Source of the DNA: Phoronis australis
Taxonomy: Eukaryota > Animalia > Phoronida
Direction: 5' to 3'
DNA: 64,000 nucleotides
Assembly (NCBI GenBank): GCA_002633005.1
Contig: NMRA01000275.1
Coordinates: 103,336-167,335 of the forward strand
Shown here: positions 63,007 through 64,000 of the stretch, one piece after another
Position numbering within the stretch: position 1 is the first letter of the stretch
How the letters are laid out: every line of letters starts with the position of its first letter
Notes under the pieces: model-generated
The model's database searches: none
What the model was told of the DNA's origin: nothing
What the model saw: only the letters and a program-made list of their open reading frames with translations
Position numbers and translations under genes: made by a program

Positions 63007-64000
63007 GTACAGAATAATGGTTTTGTAGTAGACTTGTAACTGAAATGCAATGTATACAGTCAGGTCCAATGTCTTGGGTTGGGCTCTTTACGGATGGATA
63101 TTTTTCAGAAACGCAATATCGCATTAACCTGAGGCATGATCTCGCTAATGTTTGGAAAGCAAGCAGCTAGTTGACCTTATTGTCTTGATGCTGAAGAATC
63201 AGGTGGCAAAATGTTGAATCGTGGGAGTAATTGGTACTTGAGCACCCAAAGGTCGCTAATGTTCAATCAATCAAGAAATTTTACTGCTAATATTTCCGAT
63301 TTTTTATCGTGAATGAGCACTTCCCAGGTTTGATCAGTTTCGCATGCTTTGTGTTCACAGTACAGCAAATGAACTTTACCTTATATCGAACTTTACGTTT
63401 ATTGGGCTATCATGAACCAAGCTGTCTAGTACTATTGGCTTATCACAATCAACCTATTACTTAAGTTTGTCTCACGAGTGCTGTTTAAAACGGCTGTAAT
63501 TTCGCATTTAGTTGTAAAAAATTACTTTATACTTTGATCATTTTACGTGGTCTCAACTTGTTCCTTACTCTGATGATGAAATGATTTCTGGCAGTTTCGT
63601 GAGACCTTGTTCGGCGCTTAAAATTGCAGTATACATCCAGTGTCTCAAATTTGACAGGATCCCCTGTGCAATTCATTTTTTCCAAAATATGATAAATGCG
63701 CGGGGATTCTGTTATACTAGACTGTATATGCATATGATAACATCGTACAAATAATTGATGAATATTGGATCGAATGACCGTGCATGTCGATAAAAAATTG
63801 GTGGAAACCATACCCATTTCGATACCACAATCAACGAAAACTATGTCCATTTCAGCAACACATGTGCACTGACACATACCATGGGAAAAACACCTGAGGA
63901 TAGCAATTATGGCTTGCAGCTTAAAACTTGTGAAGACGAAGAGTACACAAAGGCATTATCTTATTTTTATTTTAGTGGCTACTATATTGTTGTTGACCGT

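Overview
AT-rich eukaryotic (metazoan) genomic DNA, most consistent with an invertebrate deuterostome such as an echinoderm or hemichordate (inference from gene and transposon content). The window is dominated by the 5' part of one large + strand spliced gene. Twelve exons read by hand (7074..63006, GT-AG, mostly phase 1, about 760 aa) encode a Tie/Tek-like receptor ectodomain: signal peptide, Ig, Ig, EGF x3, a Ser/Thr-rich segment, FN3 x3 and the start of a fourth FN3-like domain. The gene continues past the window, so the intracellular domain (kinase or phosphatase) is not visible. The introns and upstream region hold many decayed, partly nested transposons: hAT elements with 5-bp TSDs, Kolobok THAP/KolX deletion derivatives, ISL2EU-like elements with AT TSDs, Sola3, a MULE-like inverted pair, Penelope-like, L1/Tx1 and CR1 fragments, a solo LTR, tRNA-derived SINE heads and minisatellites. 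Most ORFs in the supplied track are spurious. I found no CRISPR array, operon or convincing new biological system. The best leads are the non-canonical Tie-like architecture, a candidate frameshifted exon, and an inverted TE pair bracketing skippable exons.
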